From: an uncultured Candidatus Accumulibacter sp.
GTDB taxonomy: Bacteria; Pseudomonadota; Gammaproteobacteria; Burkholderiales; Rhodocyclaceae
Length of the DNA stretch: 51,850 nucleotides
Assembly: GCA_964428215.1 (NCBI GenBank)
Contig: CAYRXO010000001.1
Location: forward strand, 1-51,850
Direction of reading: 5' to 3'
The position numbers and the translations under genes are program-made. Each line of letters opens with the position of its first letter. Positions within the stretch are counted from its first letter, which is position 1. A model generated the notes under the pieces. That model ran no database searches, was not told the DNA's origin, and saw nothing but the letters and a program-made list of their open reading frames with translations. Positions 29,881 through 40,258 of the stretch are shown piece by piece.

Positions 29881-30798
29881 TCAGGCAACGACATCGGCCA
29901 GCAGTTTGTCGATCATTCTTTCTGCCCGGCCGTGGTAGCCACCAGCGAAAAGATTGAAATGATTGAGAACGTGGTACAACTGGTACAAGGTCTTGCGTCG
30001 GGTATAGCCGACCGGCAAGGGCAGCGCTTGCCGGTAAGCGGCGAAAAATTCGTCGCTAAAGCCGCCGAACAGTTCGCACATTGCCAGATCGGCTTCGCGA
30101 TCGCCGAAATATACCGCCGGATCGAAGAGGACCAGCCGGCGCTTGCTGTCGACCGCAGCGTTACCATACCAAAGATCGCCATGCAGCAGGCTCGCAGCCG
30201 GTCGATGATCAGTGAACAGTTCGTCCAATCTTTCAGCGAGTTGCAAGCCACGCTCGATCATGCGGCTAGTCGCCCCACGCTGTTTGGCCAGCGTCAGTTG
30301 CGTCTGCAAGCGTTGGCTGTTGAAGAAAGCCGCCCATGTGGCGTGCTGATTGTTGTACTGCGGCGTCGATCCGATGAAATTGTCACGTTGCCAGCCGAAC
30401 GATGAGCCGCTAATGCCGTGCAGAGCAGCCAGCGCGCGCCCGGCGGCAACGCTGTCGGCGTTATGTCGCAAAGGCAGCAAATCGAGATGTTCGAGAATCA
30501 GGTAAGCATGCTCGTCCTGGCTGCCATAGCCGATCACCCGCGGTACGCAAAGCGCCGGACACCCGGCGAGCGCGACGAGGCCGTCGGCTTCGGCAGCGAA
30601 CATTTCGACGCGTTCGGCCGCATTTACTTTGACAAAAATTTTGTCGTGCCCGCTTTCAAGCACGAAAGCGCGTGAAATCGAACCGCCACCGAGGCAATGA
30701 ATGCGCGTGATGTCTGCCCATGGCGCCGTCTTCTCGGCGCAGTTCTGTCGAATCGCCGCCAATAAGGCGGCCGGCAGATGGAAGTCGTCGTGACGCAT
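29881..30798 (-). CDS. Fructosamine/ketosamine kinase family protein
   Basis: GGGSIS, FVKVN, MFAAEADGL, FGW..DNFIG.TPQ.N, LHGDLWYGN, FDPA, YHVLNH. Confidence 0.9.
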   Translation of the reverse strand: MRHDDFHLPAALLAAIRQNCAEKTAPWADITRIHCLGGGSISRAFVLESGHDKIFVKVNAAERVEMFAAEADGLVALAGCPALCVPRVIGYGSQDEHAYLILEHLDLLPLRHNADSVAAGRALAALHGISGSSFGWQRDNFIGSTPQYNNQHATWAAFFNSQRLQTQLTLAKQRGATSRMIERGLQLAERLDELFTDHRPAASLLHGDLWYGNAAVDSKRRLVLFDPAVYFGDREADLAMCELFGGFSDEFFAAYRQALPLPVGYTRRKTLYQLYHVLNHFNLFAGGYHGRAERMIDKLLADVVA

Positions 30799-31085
30799 GG
30801 GTGGAAAATCCGAAAGAGAAACAGGGAGTGTAGGCGGAAACGTTCCTTTCGCGTGCTGGCGCTTATTTCATATCACAACATTTCCTACCGCTTGTCCGCA
30901 TGATTTTCCGCGCCTGATCTGGTCGCCATGTCGACTGTTGCCCAACAGCAGCTTCGGGCGTCTCGAATCGCACCGGGCACCGCATCCGGCTGTCTTGCAA
31001 GCCGAGTGGAGCGGCGAATTGCCGGTCGTGTCGAAACAGCGGTACGCAGCCCTGAGTTCTCGCTCGTCAGTGAGCTGGCCCGTTT

Positions 31086-33212
31086 TCAGTCAATGGCCGT
31101 CGTGGCAGGCAAATCGATCTGACCGGCGCGCAGCAGAATTTCAACGTCGCCGGCCGTTACCGGGCGGCTGAAGAGGTAGCCCTGGACTTTCGGGCATTTG
31201 GCCTGGCGAAGGAATTCGAGTTGTGCCAAGGTCTCAACGCCTTCGGCGATGACCTCCAGTTGCATGTTGTGCGCCATGGCGATCACTGCCGTGGCGATTC
31301 CTGCGTCATTGACGCTGTCTGGCAGCCCGCGAACGAAACTCTGGTCGATCTTGAGCATGCCGATCGGAAAGCGCTTGATGTACGACAGCGACGAATAGCC
31401 GGTGCCGAAATCGTCGATCGAAAAATGTACGCCGAGCTGCTGTAATCGATACAGCCCCTGGACCTGCCGCGCTTCCGGATCCATCAGGATGCTTTCGGTC
31501 AATTCCAGTTCGAGCAAGTCCGGCACGATGCCGGTCATGGCGATGGTCGCCGCAACGTTGTCGAGGAAATTGGTACTGCGCAGTTGTCTGGCCGAGATGT
31601 TCACCGCCACCCGGGGAGGATGCACGCCACGTTGTTGCCAGCGGCGCACTTGCGAACATGCTTCTTTGAGCACCCATTCGCCCATTGGAACGATCAGGCC
31701 GCTTTCTTCGGCTACCGGGATGAAATTTGCCGGCGAAACGATGCCATGCTCGGGATGCCGCCAGCGGATCAGGGCTTCGACGCCGACGATGCGCCCACTT
31801 TGAGCATCGACCTGCGGTTGATACAACAAATAGAATTCGTCGCGCTCGAGTCCTTTGCGAATATCACTCTCGAGGGCCAGTCGGGCCCTGGTGCGGGTGG
31901 TCAGCGACTGATCGTACATTTGCCAATTGTTGCGACCTTGATCCTTGGCGTGGTACATGGCGGTATCGGCATGCTTGAGCAGCGTGGCGCCGTCCTCGCC
32001 GTCCGCCGGATAAACGGCGATGCCGATGCTCGACGTGACGGCGATTTCCTGACTGCCGATGATGAACGGCTGCGCCAGCAGCGCCAGCAGACGGGCGGCC
32101 ACGCGGCTGACCGTCTGAATGTCATCAACATCGGGCAGCACGACAGTGAATTCGTCGCCGCCCAGCCGGGCGAAGTGCAGGCTGCTTTCATCGAGTGCGG
32201 GTCGCGATACGAAGTCGCTGGTGCGCAGCTTTTCCTTCATCCGTTCGGCGACTGCCTGCAGCAGATAGTCACCGACACTGTGCCCGAGGGTGTCGTTGAT
32301 GCGTTTGAATCCGTCGAGATCGAGAAACAGCAGCGCGACGCGGCGTTTGTTGCGATGCGCGCGCAACAATTCGCTATCGAGGCGTTCGAGAAAGCTCTGC
32401 CGGTTGGGCATGCCGGTCAGGGTGTCGAAGTAGGCCAGGCGGCGGATGCGATCTTCGTTCAGTTTCTGGGCGGAGATGTCGCGAACGACGATCACCACCT
32501 TGTCGGCACCGATCGGGGCGATTCGCGCTTCGTAGTGATGAAAACCGTCTTCCATCGGCAGTTTATAGACGACCGACTGCAGATTGCCCTGCTGCAATGC
32601 CTGATCGATGTGGTGTTGAATCAGGGTTGCCGTATCGCTGGGCAGAATGTCGGCCATGTTCCGGCCGAGAAACTGGCTAGGGGGGACGATGGCGGTGGTG
32701 GCAAAACCCTCCTTGTAGTCGAGATAGACGCCTTGCCGATCCACGACGAAGATCATGTCAGGGATCGCTTCCATGATCGCGGCCTGCTTTTCCTTGAGAT
32801 CGTTCAACTGTCGTGCCGCTTGCGCCGACCGCCAGACATAACGCGCGCGATGCCCCAGGATCGGCCAGTTGATCGGTTTGGCGACAAAATCGTTGGCTCC
32901 CGATTCGTAAGCCCGGTTGATCGATGCCAGGTCGTCCATGCCGGTAACCATGATCACTGGCACATTGGTCATGTCCCAGATCTGACGCAAGCGCCTGCAA
33001 ACCTCGAAACCGTCGATTCCCGGCATTTCGACGTCGAGCAGCACCAGATTCGGCGGCGGCTGATCGAACATCGCCAGGGCCTGTTCGCCGTCTTCCGCTT
33101 CAATGACTTCGAAGCCGAACTGCGCCAGAGTTTCCCGCTCCAGCATGCGCATCACATAATCGTCATCGACGACCAGAGCCAGGGGCAGAGCATGGTATTC
33201 ACTCAAGGGCAT
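31086..33212 (-). CDS. REC-PAS-GGDEF-EAL c-di-GMP cyclase/phosphodiesterase response regulator
   Basis: Receiver (VDDD, LDVEMP), PAS, FLDLDGFK..RLGGDEF, EALIRW and DDFGTGYSS; both catalytic signatures intact. Confidence 0.93.
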   Translation of the reverse strand: MPLSEYHALPLALVVDDDYVMRMLERETLAQFGFEVIEAEDGEQALAMFDQPPPNLVLLDVEMPGIDGFEVCRRLRQIWDMTNVPVIMVTGMDDLASINRAYESGANDFVAKPINWPILGHRARYVWRSAQAARQLNDLKEKQAAIMEAIPDMIFVVDRQGVYLDYKEGFATTAIVPPSQFLGRNMADILPSDTATLIQHHIDQALQQGNLQSVVYKLPMEDGFHHYEARIAPIGADKVVIVVRDISAQKLNEDRIRRLAYFDTLTGMPNRQSFLERLDSELLRAHRNKRRVALLFLDLDGFKRINDTLGHSVGDYLLQAVAERMKEKLRTSDFVSRPALDESSLHFARLGGDEFTVVLPDVDDIQTVSRVAARLLALLAQPFIIGSQEIAVTSSIGIAVYPADGEDGATLLKHADTAMYHAKDQGRNNWQMYDQSLTTRTRARLALESDIRKGLERDEFYLLYQPQVDAQSGRIVGVEALIRWRHPEHGIVSPANFIPVAEESGLIVPMGEWVLKEACSQVRRWQQRGVHPPRVAVNISARQLRSTNFLDNVAATIAMTGIVPDLLELELTESILMDPEARQVQGLYRLQQLGVHFSIDDFGTGYSSLSYIKRFPIGMLKIDQSFVRGLPDSVNDAGIATAVIAMAHNMQLEVIAEGVETLAQLEFLRQAKCPKVQGYLFSRPVTAGDVEILLRAGQIDLPATTAID

Positions 33213-33225
33213 TTCCGGAATCCCT

Positions 33226-35415
33226 TCATTTGAGAGTGGCCAAAGCAGCGAGGACGTGCGTCAATTCTCTTTCAAAAGTGCTCAGCAAGGGCTTGGCTTC
33301 TTCAACCGGACGCGAGTGGGCGATGATTTCCAGTTCCCGGGCGAGCGCCGACAAGCGGTCGGCGCCGACGTTGGCGCTGCTCGAAGTCAGGTTGTGCGCG
33401 GCATGCCGAAGTGTTTCCTGGTCACCGACGTCCGTTGCCGTGCGCAGACGTTGCCATTGCTGAGGAGCGTCAGCCAGATAGGCTTCGATGACCGGAACGA
33501 TCGGACTGACGCCATTCTTCGGCGGCAATTGACGCAGCTTGTTGAGCGGTGTCGGATTGAGTACCGGCAAAGTGGCAGGGGGGGTGATCGGCTTCGATCC
33601 ACAGGCAACGGAAGACGAGGAATCGATTTTCAACCAGCGCGCCAAGGCGCTGGCCAGTTGCTCACGTGTAAACGGTTTGCTCAAATAGTCATCCATCCCG
33701 GCCGCCAAGCAACGTTCGCGGTCGCCGGCGACCGCGTTGGCGGTCAGGGCCATGATGGGCAACCGTCGCGACGCGCGGCTGGCACGCTCCCGGTCGCGAA
33801 TCGCGGCCGTCGCGGAAAAACCGTCCATTTCGGGCATTTGGCAATCCATCAGCAGCAGATCAAAAGAAGCATGCCGCAAGCGTTCGATGGCGATCCGGCC
33901 ATTGTCTGCCAGTTCATAAGTCACCCCGAGAGATTCCAGCATAGCCGATACGACGGCCTGATTGACTGGATTGTCCTCGGCCACCAGTACCCGCCCGCGG
34001 AACTTTGCCGGGTTGGGACGATTTTCATGGAGCGTTGCCATCTTAGTCCGCGGCTGGAGGTTAGTCGCTGGCTTGCCTAGCGGCAGCTCGAACCAGAACA
34101 GGGTTCCCAACCCCAGCTGGCTTTTCAAACCGATCTGACCACCCATCAGATCGAGCAGTCGCTTGGCGATGACCAGACCCAGTCCGCTGCCGCCGAAGCG
34201 TCGCGTGGTCGAGCTGTCGGCTTGCACGAATGCCTTGAAAAGATAACCTTGCGCCTGTTCGCTGATTCCGACGCCGTTGTCTTCCACTTCAAAACGGCAG
34301 ACAGCCATCTCGGAATGGCGGCGTACGAAGTGGGCACGAATGCTCACCTTGCCACGTGGGGTGAATTTGATGGCATTGTTGATCAGATTGCTGAGTATTT
34401 GCCGCAATCGCACGGGATCACCGACGACTCGATCGGGCAGGTCGGAAGAAACTTGACACAGCAACTGCAAACCTTTGCTGTTGGCGATCGGCATGAACAG
34501 GGCGTTGATGCTGTCGATCAGTTCGTGCAGATTGAAAGGAATGTGCTCGAGTTCCAGCTTGCCGGCTTCAACTTTGGAAAAATCGAGGATGTCGCTGATG
34601 ATGGCCAGCAAATGCTGGCCGGACTGATGCGCGGTGTCGGCGAATCGTTGTTGCTGGCTGTTGAGGCCGCTCGCACGCAACATTTCGGTCATGCCGATGA
34701 TGCCATTGATCGGGGTGCGGATCTCGTGGCTCATGGTCGCCAGGAAATCGCTTTTTGCCTGGCTGCCAGCTTCCGCCGCCTGACGCGCGGCAGCGGCCTC
34801 GGCCAGTGCGGCCGAACGTTCGATGTCGCCGAGTAAAATTTTGCGCGTGCTCGAATAATTGGAGTACGCCGTCAGGCCCAGCGTGATCAGCGAGCCATAA
34901 ACGGCCAACCCGACAATTTTCACCATGCCGTTGCCGTCAATGAGTAAAAAGGTGCCGATCGGTAGCAGCGCGGTAACCACGAAGGAAATCACCGAAGGCA
35001 GGTGCGCGGACAAGGAGATACTGGCCACCGATGTCACCGCGATAATCCAGACGACCAGAAAAGCCATTTCGCTGCCGCCGGCACCATCGAGCAGCAAGAC
35101 GACAGCGAACGACCAGGCCGCGGCGGCGGCGGTGGAACTGATGAAAAACCACGTTGCCCAGCTCGCTGTGTTCTCGTCCGCCGGTTTGGCCTGACGGTAG
35201 CAGAACCACAGTCCAAGACGACAGAGATTGGCCGCCACGATGACCCAGACGACACGCCAGAGCAAATCGTGTCTGAAATAGGGAAACAATACGTTGATGA
35301 ACAGCAGTGTCACTGCGATGGACAGCACGATCGACAACAACAGGCGCGCATAGGCAAAACGCAGCATTTGCGCTGCCAGACGTTGTTGACTCCACTCCGT
35401 GTCTGTTTGGGTCAT
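33226..35415 (-). CDS. Membrane hybrid histidine kinase (multi-TM sensor, HisKA, HATPase, REC, Hpt)
   Basis: About six TM helices; [45 protein letters not shown]. Start ATG 35415 or 35493. Confidence 0.92.
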   Translation of the reverse strand: MTQTDTEWSQQRLAAQMLRFAYARLLLSIVLSIAVTLLFINVLFPYFRHDLLWRVVWVIVAANLCRLGLWFCYRQAKPADENTASWATWFFISSTAAAAAWSFAVVLLLDGAGGSEMAFLVVWIIAVTSVASISLSAHLPSVISFVVTALLPIGTFLLIDGNGMVKIVGLAVYGSLITLGLTAYSNYSSTRKILLGDIERSAALAEAAAARQAAEAGSQAKSDFLATMSHEIRTPINGIIGMTEMLRASGLNSQQQRFADTAHQSGQHLLAIISDILDFSKVEAGKLELEHIPFNLHELIDSINALFMPIANSKGLQLLCQVSSDLPDRVVGDPVRLRQILSNLINNAIKFTPRGKVSIRAHFVRRHSEMAVCRFEVEDNGVGISEQAQGYLFKAFVQADSSTTRRFGGSGLGLVIAKRLLDLMGGQIGLKSQLGLGTLFWFELPLGKPATNLQPRTKMATLHENRPNPAKFRGRVLVAEDNPVNQAVVSAMLESLGVTYELADNGRIAIERLRHASFDLLLMDCQMPEMDGFSATAAIRDRERASRASRRLPIMALTANAVAGDRERCLAAGMDDYLSKPFTREQLASALARWLKIDSSSSVACGSKPITPPATLPVLNPTPLNKLRQLPPKNGVSPIVPVIEAYLADAPQQWQRLRTATDVGDQETLRHAAHNLTSSSANVGADRLSALARELEIIAHSRPVEEAKPLLSTFERELTHVLAALATLK

Positions 35416-36298
35416 TGTCGTCACTCGTGCAGAAGGCGTTGCGGGGTACACTCTGGCATGCTTCGCCTCTTCGTTTGAGCAAGCGGAATCCATACGTACG
35501 GATCGATCACCGAAGTTGCCCCAACGTCATAATTGATGAAAAGGTAATCTCCGATTCTATCTCTATTCAATGTGACCAGGATGGCCTATCGGAATGCTTG
35601 CACAATCGAAAGAAAGAATATATCCATGCCATGGCTCGGCTGATGCGTTACGCATGAATGCACTCTTCAACTTTGCCAAGGGTAAAAATCGACTGCGCAA
35701 TCCAGCTTGTGACTGAGCTTTCGTTCGGCCGATGACAAATTCCCGACAAGTTTTCTGTCGGTAGTTCATTGTTCGCGCGCATCCGACCTTGTCATACTCA
35801 CTCCATTCGATTTCAGTGCAAGCGTCAGGAATATCCTTGGATATTCGGCCAAGGATGCTCGTCAGTACGAAAGTCAGCAAGCGGCTCGGCAATATCCCCA
35901 TCTCCACTGTGGAAGGGTGATCGGGAATGAGGGAGTTGATCCGATAAAACCGCCGTTGCGGCCCGTTATCCGACCCAAGTCAGCGACGCCTAAAGGCTCT
36001 TTCGTCACTGCGGCCCCACGCTCAGCATTTAATCAAACCCGCCGCAAGCTATTGACAAAAATAAATATTCTGCGTTCTTGGCACGTATGAACGATGGTTT
36101 CCAGGTTCAATGGCTGAAACACGCTGACCAACGCGGCTCCGCTGTCGCCAATGCGGATTTGCCCGTCGCCGCATGTCAGCGTGGAGTGCCGTGGGACGGA
36201 AAGAATGACGCAAGCGTGATCAAGGGCTTTCTCATTCGAGTGTTTTCAACAATTTCCCTCTCTGTGCCAGGCGAAGGGAGTTCGCCGACTAGCGAGCT

Positions 36299-39076
36299 TC
36301 AGCCGCTGGCATAGCCTGGTTCAGGTTGCCGGTCGAGCGCGGCGAGCACCTGGCGCAGTTCCTGTTCCGCTTGCACCAGCAGCTCGTCGGCGCCATCAAC
36401 CGTTCCGGCCCGGCCGATCAATTCGAGTTCCTTGCATAGCGCCGCCAGCGCTTCCGCGCCGACGTTGGCACTGCTCGACTTCATGCCATGCGCGGCCTTG
36501 CGCAAACCGTCGGCGTCGCCTTCCTGCACCGCACTTTGTATCTGCGTCAGGCGTTTCGGGGCGTCGTCGACATAGGCGGCGATGACGCGCGTGACCAGCG
36601 ACGCACCGTTGGCACCGGGCAAGAGGCGGATCGTTTCCAATGCACGCGGATTCAGGGTCGCCACGCTTTCGCTCTTGGACGGCGTTTCCTGGTCGATGAC
36701 CTGCAAAGGTCGCGCACGCTCAGTCACCGTGGCAGGCAGTGTCGCGGGCAGCAACCAGCGCGACAGGACCGCCTGCAGACCACCGCGCGTGAAGGGCTTG
36801 CTCAAGTAGTCGTCCATACCGGCGGCCAGACAGCGTTCCCGATCGCCTTCGACGGCGTTGGCGGTCAACGCGACGATCGGTAACGGAGCGGGCAGTTCGC
36901 CGCGTTGCTGCAGCAAGCGGATTTGCCGGCTGGCCTCGAAACCATCCATTTCCGGCATCTGGCAATCCATCAGCACCAGGTCGAAAGGTTCGCGGGACAG
37001 GCGTTCAATGACGATCAGACCATTGTCGGCCAGCGCGTTCGCCACGTTCAGCGAATCAAGCATGGCTTGGGCGACGCTCTGGTTCACCGGGTTGTCTTCG
37101 GCGATCAATACCCGTTTGCCGGTGGGAAGTGGCGAGCGTTTCGGCAACGCATGACTGGCTGGAACACGCGGCGAGGTGCGCTCGGCGGTCGTCGAAAAAA
37201 CGGTGGCGATGGCGTCGTACAGATCGGACTGCCGTACCGGCTTGGTCAGGTAACAGTCGATCGACGTCGACAGTCGGTCCGGGCTGTTGGCATCGACACT
37301 AACCGAGGAGAGCATGATCTGCGGCAGTCGGGCATGACGTGGGTCGGAATGGATCGCGCGGGCGACTTCGAAACCGTCCATTCCCGGCATGTGCAGATCG
37401 AGGATGACCAAATCGAAAACGTCTTCGCCAGCTCGGTCGAGAAGGCGCAAAGCGTCCTGGCCGCTGGCCGCGCCGGTAAAACGCATCGACCAGCCCTGCA
37501 ACTGATGCGCCAGGATTTCGCGGTTGGTGGCGTTGTCGTCGACGACGAGCACCGACAGACCGTTCAGACGTTCAGAAAGGTCGATGACGATACGCGCATC
37601 GGCATCCTGCTTGGGCAGGGAAAGCTCGAACCAGAACAAGGTGCCGGCGTCTTCCTGACTGTTCAGGCCGAGCTCTCCCCCCATGATTTCCACCAGTCGC
37701 CGGGAAATGGCCAGACCGAGCCCGGTTCCGCCAAAACGGCGCGTGGTCGAGTTGTCGACCTGGACGAATGGACCGAACAGGCGGCGTTGCGCTGCTGCGC
37801 TGATGCCGATGCCGGTATCCTGGATTTCGAAGCGGAAACGCGCCTGTTGCTGGTTTTCCTCGATCAGTTTGACGCGAATGACGACTTCGCCCTCGGCGGT
37901 GAATTTCACGGCGTTGCTGACCAGATTGGTCATTACCTGACGCAGTCGCATCGGATCGCCCTTGATCGCCACTGGCAGATCGTGCGGCACGCTGCAGAGA
38001 ATTTCGACACGTTTGAGTTCGGCCGGACGGGCAAAGAGATTGGCGACGTCTTCGACCAGCTGCCGCAGATTGAAGTGAATCTGCTCGATTTCCAGCTTGC
38101 CGGCTTCGATCTTCGAAAAATCGAGAATGTCGTTGATGATCTTCAACAGATGTTCGCCGGACTGGTATACGGCGTCGGCGAAGCGTGCCTGTTGCACGCT
38201 GAGCGGTGTCTCGCGCAACAGCTCGGTCATGCCGAGGATGCCGTTCATCGGCGTACGGATTTCGTGACTCATCGCCGCCAGAAAGCGGCTTTTGGCCTGA
38301 TTGGCCTCTTCGGCCTGCTCTTTGGCCAACTGCAGCTCATTGGAGCGGGCAGCCAGATGACGGTCGCGTTCGGCGATCTGTTCGAGCATTTCGTTGAACA
38401 CACTGGCCAGTCTGCCGACTTCGTCGTTCGACTCGATTCGGGCCCGCATGCTGTAATCGCCTTCCTGCGAGACTTGGCCCATCAGTTTCACCAGCCGGTC
38501 GATCGGGGCGGTGATGAAACGGTTCATCCGCGAAAGGAAGATCTGTGAAATCACCAGGACGACCAGGATTACCCCGAAGAACGCCAGCGCATGTTCCATC
38601 AGGCGACGATATAGCGTTTGCAAGCTCAGGCGCAAGGTAATGGTACCGACGGTCTGCCCTTCGCTGATTAACGGTTGCGAGATGTCGAGCAGGGTCAAAC
38701 CCATGACGTGACCTGTATGGTCCGGGTAAGTCAGGAAAACTTTCGGCTGATTGCTGGCGTGATAACTGGCGACCAGATGACCATCGTTATTCCACAGCGC
38801 GGCCTGGACGACTTGCGAGTCGGTGTCGAGTGAACTGAGCAGATCATCGGCCGTCTGCTGATCGTCGAAAAGCAGAGCGGCGATGGTGTTGCGTGCGATC
38901 AGCTGAACTTTTACTTTCCCGTCGTTAATCAGTTCGTTGCCGAGGTTAAGATAGTCGAAACCGATAAGCAGGACGATTGCGATCAGGAAAGCGGTGCCGG
39001 TGCTGATCAGATTGATGCGCAGCAGTTTGTCCTTGATCGCCGGCAGAGCGTGCAGGCTGCTGAACAATTGTTTCAT
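36299..39076 (-). CDS. Hybrid histidine kinase (periplasmic CHASE8/YfiN-like sensor, HAMP, HisKA, HATPase, two REC, Hpt)
   Basis: TM-periplasmic ([11 protein letters not shown])-TM-HAMP ([14 protein letters not shown]); MSHEIRTP; two receivers; [14 protein letters not shown]. Confidence 0.93.
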   Translation of the reverse strand: MKQLFSSLHALPAIKDKLLRINLISTGTAFLIAIVLLIGFDYLNLGNELINDGKVKVQLIARNTIAALLFDDQQTADDLLSSLDTDSQVVQAALWNNDGHLVASYHASNQPKVFLTYPDHTGHVMGLTLLDISQPLISEGQTVGTITLRLSLQTLYRRLMEHALAFFGVILVVLVISQIFLSRMNRFITAPIDRLVKLMGQVSQEGDYSMRARIESNDEVGRLASVFNEMLEQIAERDRHLAARSNELQLAKEQAEEANQAKSRFLAAMSHEIRTPMNGILGMTELLRETPLSVQQARFADAVYQSGEHLLKIINDILDFSKIEAGKLEIEQIHFNLRQLVEDVANLFARPAELKRVEILCSVPHDLPVAIKGDPMRLRQVMTNLVSNAVKFTAEGEVVIRVKLIEENQQQARFRFEIQDTGIGISAAAQRRLFGPFVQVDNSTTRRFGGTGLGLAISRRLVEIMGGELGLNSQEDAGTLFWFELSLPKQDADARIVIDLSERLNGLSVLVVDDNATNREILAHQLQGWSMRFTGAASGQDALRLLDRAGEDVFDLVILDLHMPGMDGFEVARAIHSDPRHARLPQIMLSSVSVDANSPDRLSTSIDCYLTKPVRQSDLYDAIATVFSTTAERTSPRVPASHALPKRSPLPTGKRVLIAEDNPVNQSVAQAMLDSLNVANALADNGLIVIERLSREPFDLVLMDCQMPEMDGFEASRQIRLLQQRGELPAPLPIVALTANAVEGDRERCLAAGMDDYLSKPFTRGGLQAVLSRWLLPATLPATVTERARPLQVIDQETPSKSESVATLNPRALETIRLLPGANGASLVTRVIAAYVDDAPKRLTQIQSAVQEGDADGLRKAAHGMKSSSANVGAEALAALCKELELIGRAGTVDGADELLVQAEQELRQVLAALDRQPEPGYASG

Positions 39077-39663
39077 CGGAGGCCTCCCGGTTCATCCTTG
39101 ACCAAGCGCGCCAATTGCAGCAATTTCGCACTGATTTTGATGCCGGCGCGGTGGGCGGCATCCGGATTGATTGCGAATTTGACTTTGTTTCCCTCCACGA
39201 ACAGGCCGATGGTGCCGCCGGTCGACGCAAAACCTTTGTTGTCGCCGACAGTGAGTACCGGCAGATAACGGGTGCTACGCAACCATTCGCCGACCGATTC
39301 GGTGCCGGTGATGACCAGCAGATGACAGCGCGCAGACTCGTGCGGGCGGATGATCGTCGATACCTCGATATCCTTGCCACGAATCGACTGCTGCCTATGC
39401 AGCGCCGCCACCGCCTGCGAGAAAGCATTTTTCCCCCCCGCCGTGCACAAGCGCAGGCTGGGTGACTTGCCCCAGAGTTCTTCAGGCCAGTCGGTAAACT
39501 TGGCGAAGTTGTAAACAAATGCCGCCTTGATCACCCCTTCCTGCGCCATCCCTTGTTGCGCAGTGGCGTTGGCCGGGAAGACGAGCGTTTGTACCACTGC
39601 CAGCCAGACAGCGGGCAGGTGGCGGAAGATGCCCGCAGAACGGGTTTGGCAACGATTACGCAT
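39073..39663 (-). CDS. YfiR/DUF4154-family periplasmic protein
   Basis: [45 protein letters not shown]; ATGA overlap with the downstream kinase; start uncertain. Confidence 0.88.
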   Translation of the reverse strand: MRNRCQTRSAGIFRHLPAVWLAVVQTLVFPANATAQQGMAQEGVIKAAFVYNFAKFTDWPEELWGKSPSLRLCTAGGKNAFSQAVAALHRQQSIRGKDIEVSTIIRPHESARCHLLVITGTESVGEWLRSTRYLPVLTVGDNKGFASTGGTIGLFVEGNKVKFAINPDAAHRAGIKISAKLLQLARLVKDEPGGLR

Positions 39664-40207
39664 GGCCCGGGTGCGCTCGGAAGTCCCGCAGGACTCCCAA
39701 CTGGCGAGGAGAGGAGTGATTGGCGGAATGGCCAGCCGCCAGCGGCTCACTAAACAAAAGGCTCTGCCGTCAAAGGCGCTGTGCATGCAAATCGTGTCCC
39801 GGGCGTTCGATTGCCGAACACAGGCCGGCAATCGATAAATCAGAAGTTCACCGCTTATCTACGGCCGTTTGGTCGTGAACTTGAGCAATGGCGGGTTTTG
39901 GGCACTTTGCGCACGGTCTTTGGTTATGCGCGGGGATGGACCTGGCCGGGTTTTTTTGCCGCCAGCCGGCAGGGCTTGCCGCTGAGGAAGTGCCGGACGT
40001 ACGGTGCGTACCGTCGCGATTCGCCCGCGCAATCCATTGATCAGCGTTTTCACGGAAGGCGCAGGCCTCATTTTCACCATTCGGCAGGTTGAAAGCCCGT
40101 TCCTCGTTTCCCCCTGCCTGCGCGCCATCGCAGCGCGAGGTTGTACTGAGACGGTCGCAGGTCGGCCTTGACGGCGGCGAGCGGCGACCAACGCCCAACC
40201 TGTCCTA

Positions 40208-40223
40208 TGGCACGGCCCTTGCA
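40208..40223 (+). promoter_or_regulatory. Sigma54 (RpoN) -24/-12 promoter
   Basis: TGGCACGGCCCTTGCA is an exact match to TGGCACG-N4-TTGCW, 35 bp upstream of the ATG at 40259. Confidence 0.8.
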
Positions 40224-40258
40224 TCGGGTAAGACCGTCAATATTGTTGGGAGCCGACG

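Noticed and set aside
31584-38548. Long plus-strand ORFs antisense to real genes (31584-33233, 36905-38548; also 26587-27975 and 49958-51133)
   Set aside because: These are shadow ORFs expected from GC-rich codon usage and contain no protein motifs.
39664-40207. c-di-GMP riboswitch upstream of yfiR
   Set aside because: No GEMM-type GGCAAA/GNRA/ACGCAAA arrangement was found on either strand.
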